A DNA stretch of 64,000 bases from Cytophagales bacterium (GTDB taxonomy: Bacteria > Bacteroidota > Bacteroidia > Cytophagales > UBA9547), in contig JAAFIH010000024.1 in NCBI GenBank assembly GCA_013297755.1, positions 5,977 to 69,976 of the forward strand, in the 5' to 3' direction. Position numbers and translations under genes: made by a program. Below are positions 9,644 through 20,873 of the stretch, one piece after another. The notes beneath the pieces are model-generated. The model was not told the DNA's origin and ran no database searches. It worked only from the letters and a program-made list of their open reading frames with translations. The first letter of the stretch is position 1. Every line of letters starts with the position of its first letter.

Positions 9644-11181
9644 AATAAGCTCATTTGGTTATTGATTGATTCTTTTGCGTGGTTTATTTTGGGTTTAACA
9701 ACTTTGGGTTGGCTAGGTTTTGGATTATTGACATGCTTGGCCAAAATTCGTTTTCCTTCAGTTTTTACTTCTTCGTTTTTGCGAAAACTCCATACAATAT
9801 CACTTGCCTTTTTTCGAGTTTCTTCGATATCTACTATAGGGTACGGATATTGTGTTCCTATGGTGCAATGATACAATTTTTGTTCAAAATCAGTCATTTT
9901 GTGAGGTTCGTGTATTAGATTTGGCGGAACAAATTGAAGTTCGGGTACCCATTTTTTAATAAAAAACCCGTCTGGGTCGTGTTCTTCGGAGTTTTTGATG
10001 GGATTATAAATACGAATGGTATTGACACCAGTGCAACCACTTTGCATCTGAAGTTGTGGATAATGTATGCCTGGCTCATAATCCAAAAATTGACGTGCCA
10101 AAAAATGCAACTCACGCCAATCTTGCCAAAGATTAAAAACAAAAAACGAAACCACCATCGCTCGCATCCTAAAATTGATGTAACCAGTAGCCACTACACA
10201 ACGCATGCAGGCATCTACAAGAGGAATACCCGTTTGGCCTGTTTGCCAAGCAGTAATAAAATCATCATTTTTGGGTTTTAATAAATCGTTGTAAGCTCGA
10301 TTTATATTTTCAAATTCATACCTACATTCGTCTTCAAATTTCTGGATAAAATGGCAGTGCCAATGCAATCTTGATATAAAATTTGTCAAAGCTCTTTTGT
10401 TGGGCGATGCAGCATAATGCTGCATTGTGTATTGATAAACCATGCGCATACTTATATTTCCATACGCCAAATATGGCGACAAACGACTACACCCAGTTCT
10501 ACTCAAAAGTGGTTTACTGATATGTTTGCTATAATTTTGATGGCGTTCTTTGATAAAGCTATCAAAATATCGCCAAGCCCAGTATTCGCCACCTTGTTGA
10601 AAATTTTTGTTGCGTTGGGATATTTCTTTTGGTAAGTTTTGTCCCTTTATTTGGTTATAAAATGAATTGTCTAATTGTAATATATTCCAATTATTTTCAT
10701 CAATAATTTTTGGTGGCGAAGTCATTTGTTTTTCCCAAAGATTTTCCCATTGTTTACGAGATTTTAATTTTCTTACAATACCATTGGTTTGATATTCATT
10801 CCAAATTATAGTATGATTATCAAATAAAATTTTCATACTTTTATCACGTTGATAAGTAAGACCGTTTCCAATTTCTTGGTAAGAAAAAATATTTTTTATG
10901 TCATATCTATGGATTAGATTTTCAAAAACAATACTGGCTTCGTTGTGAAAAACATACATACAAGCCTTTAGAGGTTCTAACTTTTCGTTCATTTCGCTAA
11001 TAGATTCATAGACAAATCTCCAATGTCTAGTGTCGCTATCTGGGTAAGCCATCACAGATGGCTCAAATATAAAAATGAGTAATAATGGTAGATTTGATTT
11101 TTGAGCATAATACAAAGGTTCATGGTCTGTAAACCGTAAATCACGCTTAAACCAAACTATATTTATTTCTTTTTTTACCAT
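9640..11181 (-). CDS. Cryptochrome/deoxyribodipyrimidine photolyase family protein
   Basis: [65 protein letters not shown]-domain motifs. Confidence 0.9.
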   Translation of the reverse strand: MVKKEINIVWFKRDLRFTDHEPLYYAQKSNLPLLLIFIFEPSVMAYPDSDTRHWRFVYESISEMNEKLEPLKACMYVFHNEASIVFENLIHRYDIKNIFSYQEIGNGLTYQRDKSMKILFDNHTIIWNEYQTNGIVRKLKSRKQWENLWEKQMTSPPKIIDENNWNILQLDNSFYNQIKGQNLPKEISQRNKNFQQGGEYWAWRYFDSFIKERHQNYSKHISKPLLSRTGCSRLSPYLAYGNISMRMVYQYTMQHYAASPNKRALTNFISRLHWHCHFIQKFEDECRYEFENINRAYNDLLKPKNDDFITAWQTGQTGIPLVDACMRCVVATGYINFRMRAMVVSFFVFNLWQDWRELHFLARQFLDYEPGIHYPQLQMQSGCTGVNTIRIYNPIKNSEEHDPDGFFIKKWVPELQFVPPNLIHEPHKMTDFEQKLYHCTIGTQYPYPIVDIEETRKKASDIVWSFRKNEEVKTEGKRILAKHVNNPKPSQPKVVKPKINHAKESINNQMSLL

Positions 11182-11422
11182 TTAAAACAATAAATGAACA
11201 GAAAAAATGAATTTCAGTTCCAAATTTTATACACATATTTGGTTATAATTGTTTGAAATAATTTATAAAAACGAAAAAATCGAATACTTTAAAAACGATT
11301 TAGCTGTCTAATTGAGATATGATATATTATTGAAATGATGTATCAACAATTACTTAAAAAAAATTTTAGATTTCCCTTTTAATAATTAATATTGTATTTA
11401 TTACACTTATATTATATCTTGA

Positions 11423-13093
11423 ATGATAAAAAAAAATACAAAAAAATCTATTTATCATATCATTGTTATCATTTGTATCAATTTTGGATCATTATTTGGT
11501 TCAAATGAAATTGATTTGAAGGGTAAGATATACACTTTTGATGCACAAGATTCTAGTAGTAATCTTATTTTTAAACAAAAACCAATATTTGAACTTGCTA
11601 AAGATTATGCCGAAAGCCAATTAAGCAGAGGCAACACTTGGCGTTGGGTCAAATTTCAACTAGAAAACAATACCTCTGCACCCATAGAAAACTATTTGGT
11701 AGTAAGAAATGGCCTGATTGAGTATGTTTCATTTTTTGTAGAAAATATTGATAAAAATGAAATAGAAAAATCGTTTCACACAGGAATAGCTTACCCATTT
11801 TCGCAACGCCCCTTGCCCAATCGGCAGTTTACAATGCCTTTGATTTTGCAACCACACTCACATTATAGTATATATGTGCGTGGTCACATCAATACTGGCA
11901 CATTGATAATGCCACTTTGTTTGTATAACAAAACTGGTTACGAAGATTATATTTTTACCCACAACAGCCTTACTACTTTTACACTCACCATTTGGCTTTT
12001 GGTTTGTATCATTGGCATAGTTTTATACTTTTTGTTCAAAGAACGATTATACTTAGTTTATGCGATGTATGTATTTTTGCTCATGTTATTTTGGGCATCG
12101 TATGAGGCACTTTCTTACCAACTTTTATGGCCAAATTCGACTTTTATGGCCAATAATTCTAGGAATTGTTATTTAATGGCAGGTATATTTTTTTCGATAT
12201 TTATTTTGTCAATTCTTACTCATTCTGGCAAACAATTTGTGAAAATAAAAAAAATAATCAAAATCATGGGTTATCTATTTTTTGTACTCACTTTTGTCAT
12301 TTCGTTTTCATCTACCATAGACTATAACCTGTGTACCCAAACGGTAATACTTGCAGATATATTATTGGTAACATTAATTGCAATTTTGATTTATGTAATC
12401 GTAAGAAAACTGATAGAAAAAAATGAATTTGCAATATTTATTTTAATATCTGCTTGTCCTATCATTTTTTATGTTATTATTCAATTTTTGTCGTATTACA
12501 AAATAGTTACTATCCCACGTACAGGTTTTTATATGCAGTATGGCTTTGGGTTGTGTTCAGTATTAGAAATATCGTGTTTGTTTGGTTTGCTTATTTACAG
12601 ATTTAAAAGAATTATTACTTTAAATATACTATCCCAACAAACAATACTTGCCTCAAACTCGCTCATCAATGATTATAAAGATGGCGTAATTATAGAAAAA
12701 AATAATAAATACGATATAGTTGATGACAAAACTAACCAAGAACTTACTGATTTGATGCATAAACTAGAAGCACTTATGCAATCAAAACATATTTATAAAG
12801 AACAAAATATTAATATAAAAATGGTTTCTGAAATGCTCCAAAGTAATTCTCACAAATTATCAAAATGTATCAATTATCTTACTGAAATGAATTTTAATGA
12901 CTACATAAATAAGCAAAGAGTAGAGGCAGCACTTGCATTATTAAAAAGTAAGAAATATGAAACTACAACCATAGAAGGTATAGGCGAGGAGGTAGGATTT
13001 GCCAGTAAAGCTACTTTTTATAATTCATTCAAAAAATTTACTGAAATGACACCTACTCAATATATTGGAACTTTGGCACAAGTCGAAAATTAA
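11423..13093 (+). CDS. Membrane-bound one-component regulator: 7TMR-DISM extracellular domain, 7TM domain, AraC HTH
   Basis: WVKFQLEN and PFSQRP...NRQF extracellular motifs, about 7 hydrophobic helices, C-terminal NFNDYINKQRV...GEEVGFASKATFYNSFKKFTEMTP. Confidence 0.85.
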   Translation: MIKKNTKKSIYHIIVIICINFGSLFGSNEIDLKGKIYTFDAQDSSSNLIFKQKPIFELAKDYAESQLSRGNTWRWVKFQLENNTSAPIENYLVVRNGLIEYVSFFVENIDKNEIEKSFHTGIAYPFSQRPLPNRQFTMPLILQPHSHYSIYVRGHINTGTLIMPLCLYNKTGYEDYIFTHNSLTTFTLTIWLLVCIIGIVLYFLFKERLYLVYAMYVFLLMLFWASYEALSYQLLWPNSTFMANNSRNCYLMAGIFFSIFILSILTHSGKQFVKIKKIIKIMGYLFFVLTFVISFSSTIDYNLCTQTVILADILLVTLIAILIYVIVRKLIEKNEFAIFILISACPIIFYVIIQFLSYYKIVTIPRTGFYMQYGFGLCSVLEISCLFGLLIYRFKRIITLNILSQQTILASNSLINDYKDGVIIEKNNKYDIVDDKTNQELTDLMHKLEALMQSKHIYKEQNINIKMVSEMLQSNSHKLSKCINYLTEMNFNDYINKQRVEAALALLKSKKYETTTIEGIGEEVGFASKATFYNSFKKFTEMTPTQYIGTLAQVEN

Positions 13094-13139
13094 TTATTGA
13101 ATTATTACTGAATGTAGTAATATTGAGAATCAAAAAATA

Positions 13140-14519
13140 CTAGGGTTGATAGGTTATCTTAGTCATATTTTTTGATTCAAATCTGCGTATAATCGTTTGT
13201 ATATCTTGATTGTGAGGATAATATTTAATTGCATTTCGCATATCATCAATCGAAAGCTGAAAAGTTGCATCTGCATAACCAAAACCTTTGTATTGGCCTT
13301 TTTCTATACAGATTATGGATTTTTCGTAGGCAGTGCGACCCTGACAAACCATAAAAAAACTTTTTGATTGAAACGAAAATACTGTTAGTGCTTGTTCGGC
13401 CCTAAGGTTATATGATTCTGCATTTTCTTTACTAACACAAGCCCCATGGCAGGTATTGATTTGTTGGTAAAAACAAGCTCCACCTGTTTTATGTATATCG
13501 CATTTAGAAAGGCAAAGTTGATGTTTTTTGATGATATAATGTAAGAAATCGGTAGTTTCGGCACGACTATCGGCCGCAAAAATGGGTTCTGCATCGTCTG
13601 TCCATCGATCTACATACAAATTTAAGTAGCCTTGATGATCTACTTTGGTGTAAATGCCATAGTAAGGTATGGCTCTTGTTTTTTTTTGATCTATATTAAA
13701 TTTGGGTTTTAATTTTTTGATTTCGTCTGATTCTAGTAATAATGCTATCAATTCGCTTCCAGTATTTTCGTAAGAAATATCAGCTACCTCGTTTCTTAAT
13801 TGCAAAGAACGTCTATTTCCTTTGGCCGAGGTGGCAAAATGTTGTAAAACACGTTTTTTTATATCAATACTTTTACCCACATATATTACTTGTCCTTGTA
13901 TATTATGAAAGTAATAAACGCCTGTTATTTTTTCGGGAATCGCATGTATGATATCTTCGTTTAATTCTACTGGGATGGCGTTTTTTTTGATTTCAGATTT
14001 CAGATTGACATCGCTAAGCAAATCTGGTCTGGTTTGTAATATTTTATCAAAAACAATGGCAGTAGCTTGCGCATCACCCAAGGCACGATGGCGAGCATTA
14101 TTACCAATACCAAGGCTATCGCAAAGTTTGCCCAAACTGTATGAAGGTAAGCCAAGAAATGTTTTTCTGCTTAATTTGACGGTGCAAAGTGTTTTTCTAT
14201 TATAGTCATACCCTAAATTTTTGAACGATGCTTTTACAAAGCCATAGTCAAAATTTACATTATGAGCCACAAAAATGCAATCTTGGGTTAGTTGCACAAT
14301 GTGTTTGGCAATATCATAAAACTTTGGTGCATCGTGTACCATATCATCAGTAATGCCAGTAAGTTTTGAGATATAATATGGAATATAACATTCTGGATTG
14401 ATTAAGCTACTAAAAGTATCAACTACCTGATTGCCATCGTGTATGATAATGGCAATTTCGGTAATTTTATCCCTATCAGGTCGCCCACCAGTAGTTTCAA
14501 TATCTACGATTGCGTACAA
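13140..14519 (-). CDS. DEDDh 3'-5' exonuclease (DnaQ-like) fused to GIY-YIG UvrC/Cho-like nuclease
   Basis: AIVDIETTG, AHNVNFD, HRALGDA; GVYYF...IYVGKSIDIKKRVLQHF. Confidence 0.9.
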   Translation of the reverse strand: MYAIVDIETTGGRPDRDKITEIAIIIHDGNQVVDTFSSLINPECYIPYYISKLTGITDDMVHDAPKFYDIAKHIVQLTQDCIFVAHNVNFDYGFVKASFKNLGYDYNRKTLCTVKLSRKTFLGLPSYSLGKLCDSLGIGNNARHRALGDAQATAIVFDKILQTRPDLLSDVNLKSEIKKNAIPVELNEDIIHAIPEKITGVYYFHNIQGQVIYVGKSIDIKKRVLQHFATSAKGNRRSLQLRNEVADISYENTGSELIALLLESDEIKKLKPKFNIDQKKTRAIPYYGIYTKVDHQGYLNLYVDRWTDDAEPIFAADSRAETTDFLHYIIKKHQLCLSKCDIHKTGGACFYQQINTCHGACVSKENAESYNLRAEQALTVFSFQSKSFFMVCQGRTAYEKSIICIEKGQYKGFGYADATFQLSIDDMRNAIKYYPHNQDIQTIIRRFESKNMTKITYQP

Positions 14520-14551
14520 ATTTATTTGAAATTAATTTAAAATAATATTAC

Positions 14552-16081
14552 TTATTCCCACTCGATTGTAGCTGGTGGTTTAGAGCTTATGTCGTACACA
14601 ACTCTATTTACACCTCTTACTTTGTTGATGATTTCGTTGGATATATCAGCCAAAAAATCGTAGGGCAGATGAGCCCAATCGGCAGTCATGCCATCAGTGC
14701 TAGTAACGGCTCGTAGGGCTACAGCATTTTCATAGGTTCGCTCATCGCCCATCACTCCCACAGATTGCACTGGCAAAAGTATAGCTCCAGCTTGCCATAC
14801 TTGACTATACAAGCCACTATTTTTGAGTCCTTGTATAAAAATAGCATCTACCTCTTGCAATGTTTTGACTTTTTGGGCAGTAATATTTCCTAAAATTCGT
14901 ATGGCTAGACCTGGTCCAGGAAAAGGATGACGATTCAAAATAGTATCATCTAATTTCAACTCTTTTCCTACCAATCTTACTTCGTCTTTAAACAACATTC
15001 GTAATGGTTCTACAATTTGTAGTTTCATATAATCAGGCAGTCCACCTACGTTATGATGCGATTTGATGGTGGCTGATGGCCCTTTAACAGACACACTTTC
15101 AATTACATCTGGGTATATAGTACCTTGTGCAAGCCACTTTACATCTACAATTTTGTGAGATTCTGTATCAAAAACATCAATAAAAACTTTGCCAATGGCC
15201 TTGCGCTTCAGCTCAGGATCAGTAAGATTATCGAGTGCTTGATAAAATAATTCTTTTGCATCAACCCCAACCACATTCAACCCTAAATTTTTGTATGAAT
15301 GTAGCACAGATTCAAACTCATCTTTACGCAACAAACCATTGTCTACAAAAATACAATATAGATTTTTGCCAATGGCTTTGTGCAAAAGAAGTGCAGCCAC
15401 CGAAGAATCAACTCCGCCAGATAGTCCAAGTACAACCTTATCGTTACCTACTTTTTTTTGTATTTCATTTACGGTTGTTTCTACAAACGATGCTGGAGTC
15501 CAATTAGGGACTGCATGGCAAATGTGGGAAACAAAATTTTGAATAATAGTTTTACCTTCCAACGAATGTGTTACCTCAGGATGAAATTGTATGCCATAAG
15601 TCCATTCATTTTTCAATTTATAAGCCGCTACTTTTACAGATTCAGTACTGGCAATAATATCTGCATCTTTGGGTGCTTGAGTTATGGTATCTCCATGACT
15701 CATCCAAACTTGCGAATTGGCCGAAAGTCCTTTTAATAGTTGATCAGAGGTATCAAAATGCGATAATTTGGCTCTACCATACTCCCTTGTGTTGGATGCT
15801 TCTACTTTGCCGCTATTGTTTTGAGCCAATAATTGTGCTCCATAACAAACACCCAAAAGTGGTACTTTACCTTTAAAAACCGAAATATCAGGATTGGGTG
15901 AATCAGTGTCTCTTACCGAACATGGACTGCCAGAAAGTATAACACCTTTGAGATTTTCCATATCAGTCGGAAATTTATTGTATGGATGTATTTCGCAAAA
16001 AACATGCAGTTCTCTTACTCTACGTGCAATCAGTTGGGTATATTGTGAGCCAAAATCAATGATTAGTATTTGTGGTTTCAT
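14552..16081 (-). CDS. guaA: GMP synthase (glutamine-hydrolysing)
   Basis: [51 protein letters not shown]. Confidence 0.98.
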   Translation of the reverse strand: MKPQILIIDFGSQYTQLIARRVRELHVFCEIHPYNKFPTDMENLKGVILSGSPCSVRDTDSPNPDISVFKGKVPLLGVCYGAQLLAQNNSGKVEASNTREYGRAKLSHFDTSDQLLKGLSANSQVWMSHGDTITQAPKDADIIASTESVKVAAYKLKNEWTYGIQFHPEVTHSLEGKTIIQNFVSHICHAVPNWTPASFVETTVNEIQKKVGNDKVVLGLSGGVDSSVAALLLHKAIGKNLYCIFVDNGLLRKDEFESVLHSYKNLGLNVVGVDAKELFYQALDNLTDPELKRKAIGKVFIDVFDTESHKIVDVKWLAQGTIYPDVIESVSVKGPSATIKSHHNVGGLPDYMKLQIVEPLRMLFKDEVRLVGKELKLDDTILNRHPFPGPGLAIRILGNITAQKVKTLQEVDAIFIQGLKNSGLYSQVWQAGAILLPVQSVGVMGDERTYENAVALRAVTSTDGMTADWAHLPYDFLADISNEIINKVRGVNRVVYDISSKPPATIEWE

Positions 16082-16271
16082 GAAAATAATCTAGTTCGAT
16101 ATTTTAAAATTATTAGAAATATAAATAATTTTTATAGCAAATAACATATACATTAAAGAAATAATATATGTATTATCATTACAACAATTATCAGAAAATA
16201 AACCTCAAAATTAGAAAAAATAAAATACTTTGGAGTAAAAAAATATTTATTAATCAAAAGTGTATAAATAC

Positions 16272-16367
16272 AGTAATATTATTATATAATTTATGGATAA
16301 TAAAAAGTAATATTATTATATAATTAATTATTTATTAAATTTTATAAAAGTAAAATATTATATAATT
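16272..16367. repeat. Three direct repeats, each containing the palindrome ATTATATAAT
   Basis: agtaatattattatataatt identical at 16272-16291 and 16306-16325; variant agtaaaatattatataatt at 16349-16367. Confidence 0.7.
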
Positions 16368-16390
16368 TATTAATAATTTCATATTCTTAC

Positions 16391-18175
16391 TTACATACGC
16401 TCTGGGGCATCAATACCTATCAATGCCAAACAGTACTTTATAACATGGCCTGTGTATACAGAAATCATGCTTCTAAAAGCTACTTTTAGAGAATCTGGAT
16501 CTTGGAAAATTGATACTTCGCCATAAAAAGAATTATACAATTTAGCCAAATCATATACATAGTTTGCAATCAATGCTGGCGAATAGTCATCGCCAGCTTG
16601 TTTGAGTGTCTTTTCTAATAACAAAATATGTGTAATTATATTTTTCTCACATTGTTGCAACACAAGTGAATCAAAATTGTGGTCGTAAGTAATATTTAGT
16701 TCATTTGATTTTCGTGCAATAGCACAAATTCTGGCATGTGTATATTGTATGAAAGGACCAGTATTGCCATGAAAATCAATACTTTCGGTAGGGTTAAAAA
16801 GCATTCGTTTTTTTGGATCTACTTTTAATAAAAAATATTTTAATGCCCCCAAGCCAATTGTATGGTATAATTGTTGAGCTTCAGATGCACTAAAACTATC
16901 TATTTTACCCAATTCGGTGGTTTGTTTTTCGGCCTCTGCTTTCATTTCATTTACTAAATCATCGGCATCTACCACAGTACCTTCTCTTGACTTCATTTTG
17001 CCCATTGGCAAATCTACCATTCCATAGCTTAAATGATGCAAACCAGAGGCATAAGGCCTTTTGAGTTTAGTAAGAATATGAAACAACACATTGAAATGAT
17101 AATCTTGTTCATTGCCAACAACATATATTGATTTTTGGATACCAAAATCTTTATATTTCAAATCGGCTGTTCCCATATCTTGGGTAATATATACAGATGT
17201 GCCATCTGATCTTAGTACTAATTTATGGTCGAGCCCCTCTTCAGTAAGGTCTATCCAGACCGAATTATCATCTTTTTGATAAAAAACACCATTTTTTAAA
17301 CCCTCTTCTACAATTTCTTTGCCCAAAAGGTAAGTATTTGATTCGTAATAATAAGTATCAAAACTTACTCCAATGGATGTATAGGTATTTTCAAAACCTT
17401 GATAAACCCAACCATTCATTTTTTTCCATAAAGCTATCACTTGATCATCGCCATTTTCCCAATCAACCAGCATATTTTGAGCGGCCAGCATCAATGGATT
17501 TAGTTTTTCGGCCTCTTCTTCTGTGCATCCTTTTTCCAAAAGTTCTGATTTTATTACCTTTGATTGTTTGTCAAATTCTACATAGTATTTTCCTACTAGC
17601 TTATCGCCTTTTAGTCCAGTGGTATCTGGGGTTTCGTTGTTTCCATACTTTTGATAAGCTATCATAGATTTACAAATATGTATCCCTCTATCGTTGATAA
17701 GATTAGCTTTTATTACTTCATATCCATTTGCCTTTAAGACATTGGCCACGGCAAAACCCAAAAAATTATTTCTCAAATGGCCTAAGTGAAGTGGCTTATT
17801 TGTGTTAGGAGATGAATATTCTACCATTACTTTTTGCCCATTGGTAGGATAGTCAAAAGTATTTTTTCTAAAATTATTACATGTATATTTTATAATATAG
17901 GTATCAGATATAGTAATATTTAAAAAACCTTTTACAACATTAAATTCAGACACACAGCTACAATTTTGTTTTAAAAACGTGCCAATTTCTGTACCAACTT
18001 TATCAGGTGCTTTGCCAGTTTGTTTTGCAAACTGAAAACAAGTGAGTGTATGCGAGCCTTCAAACTCTTTTCTTGTTGGCGAAAATTTAATATCTGATGG
18101 CAAAATTACAACTTCAAATAAAGCCATAAACGCCTCTGCTACAGCTTGTTGCAATATATATTCTATGTGTTGCAT
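16391..18175 (-). CDS. argS: Arginine--tRNA ligase
   Basis: VEYSSPNTNKPLHLGHLRN (HIGH), KMKSREG, GNTGPFIQYTHAR, terminal PERM. Confidence 0.98.
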   Translation of the reverse strand: MQHIEYILQQAVAEAFMALFEVVILPSDIKFSPTRKEFEGSHTLTCFQFAKQTGKAPDKVGTEIGTFLKQNCSCVSEFNVVKGFLNITISDTYIIKYTCNNFRKNTFDYPTNGQKVMVEYSSPNTNKPLHLGHLRNNFLGFAVANVLKANGYEVIKANLINDRGIHICKSMIAYQKYGNNETPDTTGLKGDKLVGKYYVEFDKQSKVIKSELLEKGCTEEEAEKLNPLMLAAQNMLVDWENGDDQVIALWKKMNGWVYQGFENTYTSIGVSFDTYYYESNTYLLGKEIVEEGLKNGVFYQKDDNSVWIDLTEEGLDHKLVLRSDGTSVYITQDMGTADLKYKDFGIQKSIYVVGNEQDYHFNVLFHILTKLKRPYASGLHHLSYGMVDLPMGKMKSREGTVVDADDLVNEMKAEAEKQTTELGKIDSFSASEAQQLYHTIGLGALKYFLLKVDPKKRMLFNPTESIDFHGNTGPFIQYTHARICAIARKSNELNITYDHNFDSLVLQQCEKNIITHILLLEKTLKQAGDDYSPALIANYVYDLAKLYNSFYGEVSIFQDPDSLKVAFRSMISVYTGHVIKYCLALIGIDAPERM

Positions 18176-18233
18176 GATAAATTACTTAATTTATTAAAAA
18201 TTAATTTTGATTCAATATTTGAAATAATATTAC

Positions 18234-18265
18234 AAAAAAAATCCTCAAATAACTTTGAGGATTTT
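18234..18265 (-). terminator. Intrinsic terminator downstream of accC
   Basis: aaaatcctcaaa-taac-tttgaggatttt hairpin with a U-run on the minus strand. Confidence 0.75.
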
Positions 18266-18272
18266 AGATTTT

Positions 18273-19622
18273 TTATTTTAAACTATCAAAATCAAAGCTT
18301 GTTTCGAGATATTTTGTAGTAAAATTACCAGATCTAAATCCAGCATCGTCCATCAATTTTAAATGAAAAGGGATTGTAGTTTTTATGCCTTCAATCACAA
18401 ATTCTTGTAAAGCACGTTTCATTTTGCGGGTACATTCTTCTCTAGTGGGTGCCGTTACAATCAATTTTGCTATCATAGAATCATAGTTGGGTGGAATAGT
18501 ATACCCAGCATAAACATGCGAATCTATACGAATGCCAAGCCCCCCAGGAAAATTGATGTTTGTGATTTTGCCAGGGCTTGGTCTGAAACCATTGCCTGGG
18601 TCTTCGGCATTTATTCTACACTCCATAGCATGTGCTTTGGGGAAGTAGTTGGTTTTTTCTAAAGGCAAACCTGCCGCTATTTCTATTTGTTTTTTTATCA
18701 AATCCAAGCCCGTAACTTGTTCTGTTACAGGATGTTCTACCTGAATACGAGTATTCATTTCCATAAAATAAAAATCGTTGTACTTGTCTACCAAAAATTC
18801 AATAGTACCAGCACCTTCATATTTTATGGCTTTGCAACCTGCTATGGCAGCTTTGCCCATGTTGTCTCTCAATCTATCAGTCATCACAGGCGAAGGTGTT
18901 TCTTCCACCAATTTTTGATGTCTTCTTTGAATGGAGCAATCTCTTTCTGATAAATGAATTGCATGGCCTTTGCCATCGCCAAGTACTTGTATTTCTATAT
19001 GTCGTGGTTCTTCTACAAATTTTTCTAGATACAAACCATCGTTGCCAAACGAAGCACCTGCTTCCATTTTGGCATCTTTCCAGGCTTTTGCAAATTCGTT
19101 TTCGTTGTTTACTATCCTCATTCCTTTGCCACCGCCACCAGCTGTAGCTTTCAAAATAACAGGATATTTGACTTTAGTAGCAATCTTTAGACCCTCTTCA
19201 ATTGTACTCAACAAACCATCAGAGCCTGGTATGGTGGGTACACCAGCTTTTTTCATGGTAGCTTTGGCAGTGGCTTTGTCGCCCATAGCATTGATCATCT
19301 CTGGCGATGGACCTATAAATTTAACGCCATGCTCAGCACAAATTTTAGAAAATTCTGAATTTTCTGACAAAAACCCAAATCCAGGATGAATAGCATCGGC
19401 ATTGGTAATTTCGGCAGCTGATACTATATTTAATATGCTCAAATAAGATTCTTTGCTTGGTGCTGGGCCTATACAAACGGCTTCATCAGCAAATTTTACA
19501 TGCAAACTTTCTTTATCGGCTGTGGAATAAACGGCTACAGTTTTTATACCCATTTCTTTGCACGTTCTTATTACTCTAAGTGCAATCTCGCCTCTGTTTG
19601 CTATTAATATTTTTTTAAACAC
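18273..19622 (-). CDS. accC: Acetyl-CoA carboxylase, biotin carboxylase subunit (GTG start)
   Basis: [53 protein letters not shown]. Confidence 0.97.
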   Translation of the reverse strand: MFKKILIANRGEIALRVIRTCKEMGIKTVAVYSTADKESLHVKFADEAVCIGPAPSKESYLSILNIVSAAEITNADAIHPGFGFLSENSEFSKICAEHGVKFIGPSPEMINAMGDKATAKATMKKAGVPTIPGSDGLLSTIEEGLKIATKVKYPVILKATAGGGGKGMRIVNNENEFAKAWKDAKMEAGASFGNDGLYLEKFVEEPRHIEIQVLGDGKGHAIHLSERDCSIQRRHQKLVEETPSPVMTDRLRDNMGKAAIAGCKAIKYEGAGTIEFLVDKYNDFYFMEMNTRIQVEHPVTEQVTGLDLIKKQIEIAAGLPLEKTNYFPKAHAMECRINAEDPGNGFRPSPGKITNINFPGGLGIRIDSHVYAGYTIPPNYDSMIAKLIVTAPTREECTRKMKRALQEFVIEGIKTTIPFHLKLMDDAGFRSGNFTTKYLETSFDFDSLK

Positions 19623-19766
19623 GTATAATTTTGTTTTTAAATTAACAAATAAATAAGTTTTATTGTAATATTTTAATGTTTATACAATCAAAAAAACAAC
19701 TTAGATTTAGGTTTATATTTTATTTTAAAATTAAAATTTAAAACTAAAAAGCTATTTTTTATAATG

Positions 19767-19774
19767 CAAACATA
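19767..19774 (-). promoter_or_regulatory. Putative Bacteroidota -7 promoter box for accC
   Basis: TATGTTTG(CA) on the minus strand, matching TAnnTTTG. Confidence 0.45.
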
Positions 19775-19905
19775 GTACAAAACTTTTTTATTTATTCAAT
19801 ATTGTATCAATTATTTATTTTATTGAATGACTTAAGTAATATATTTAATTTAAAATTAAAGAGAATAATTGAGAAATTATATTTTTAAATATGGCCCAAT
19901 CCTAA

Positions 19906-20778
19906 TTAATTTAATTCAAGTGCTTTTTTCATTTTTTCCCTCAAAGTATCAGATGCTTTTGTGAGTGGTAATCGTACATAAGGTTTGCAAATGCCTAAAA
20001 TATCTAACATAATTTTTACACCCACTGGGTTGCCTTCTTCAAAAAATAATTTATTCAAATGACAAAATTTGTGCAATTCTACATTAGCATTGGCATAATC
20101 ATGGGCAAGTGCATAATTAGTCATTTTAGATGTTATCTCTGGAAAAGCATTAGAAATGGCCGAAATCGCACCTACACCACCTACAGAAATAATGGGCACT
20201 GTCAAAATATCATCCCCACCAATAAGTAAGAAATCAGAAGGCATACTTTTTACAATATCAATACATTGAGATAAATCTCCAGAGGCTTCTTTTATACCTA
20301 CTATTTTCGAATGATTTGCCAATCTTAGAGTAGTTTCAGCTGTCATGTTCACGCCTGTTCTTCCAGGAATGTTATACAAGATTACATCCACAGGGCAAGC
20401 ATCGCTAACAGCCTTAAAATGATGATAAAGCCCTTCTTGTGAGGGTTTATTATAATAAGGATTAACAGTAAGAATTGCATCTATTCCATCGAAATCAATT
20501 TCTTTAAAATCATCAACTAATTTAGATGTATTATTACCACCATGCCCCAACACTATTGGTAATTTTTTTGGATTATTTTGTTTAATAAAATTTAAAATTT
20601 CTCTTTTTTCTATATCCGAAATCGTAGACGACTCTCCAGTTGTGCCTAAAACAACCAAATAATCAGCTCCTCCTTTTGTAACATAATTCAAATGTTTTTC
20701 TAAAGAACTATAGTCAATAGATAAATCTTCGTTGAAAGGTGTAATTAATGCAACTCCAGTACCATAATATTTTTTCAT
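19906..20778 (-). CDS. dapA: 4-hydroxy-tetrahydrodipicolinate synthase
   Basis: GTGVALITPF, LGTTGES, LYNIPGRTG, GIKEASG; start moved to MKKYYG (20778) to remove overlap with the divergent gene. Confidence 0.95.
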   Translation of the reverse strand: MKKYYGTGVALITPFNEDLSIDYSSLEKHLNYVTKGGADYLVVLGTTGESSTISDIEKREILNFIKQNNPKKLPIVLGHGGNNTSKLVDDFKEIDFDGIDAILTVNPYYNKPSQEGLYHHFKAVSDACPVDVILYNIPGRTGVNMTAETTLRLANHSKIVGIKEASGDLSQCIDIVKSMPSDFLLIGGDDILTVPIISVGGVGAISAISNAFPEITSKMTNYALAHDYANANVELHKFCHLNKLFFEEGNPVGVKIMLDILGICKPYVRLPLTKASDTLREKMKKALELN

Positions 20779-20873
20779 GTAAAATATATTTGAACTTGCA
20801 AGTTGCAAAAAATAACTTTAAACCAAAATTAGTATATCAGATTTTTACCTATTTTAGCAAAATACTTTTAAAA

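Noticed and set aside
16082-16390. Purine riboswitch, CRISPR array or oriC upstream of guaA
   Set aside because: No riboswitch core is visible; the repeats are only 3 AT-rich units with 14- and 23-nt spacers and no cas genes; only one imperfect DnaA box
20748-20873. Apparent head-to-head overlap of dapA and the tRNA methyltransferase
   Set aside because: Artefact of longest-ORF starts; family-like N-termini begin at 20778 (-) and 20874 (+)
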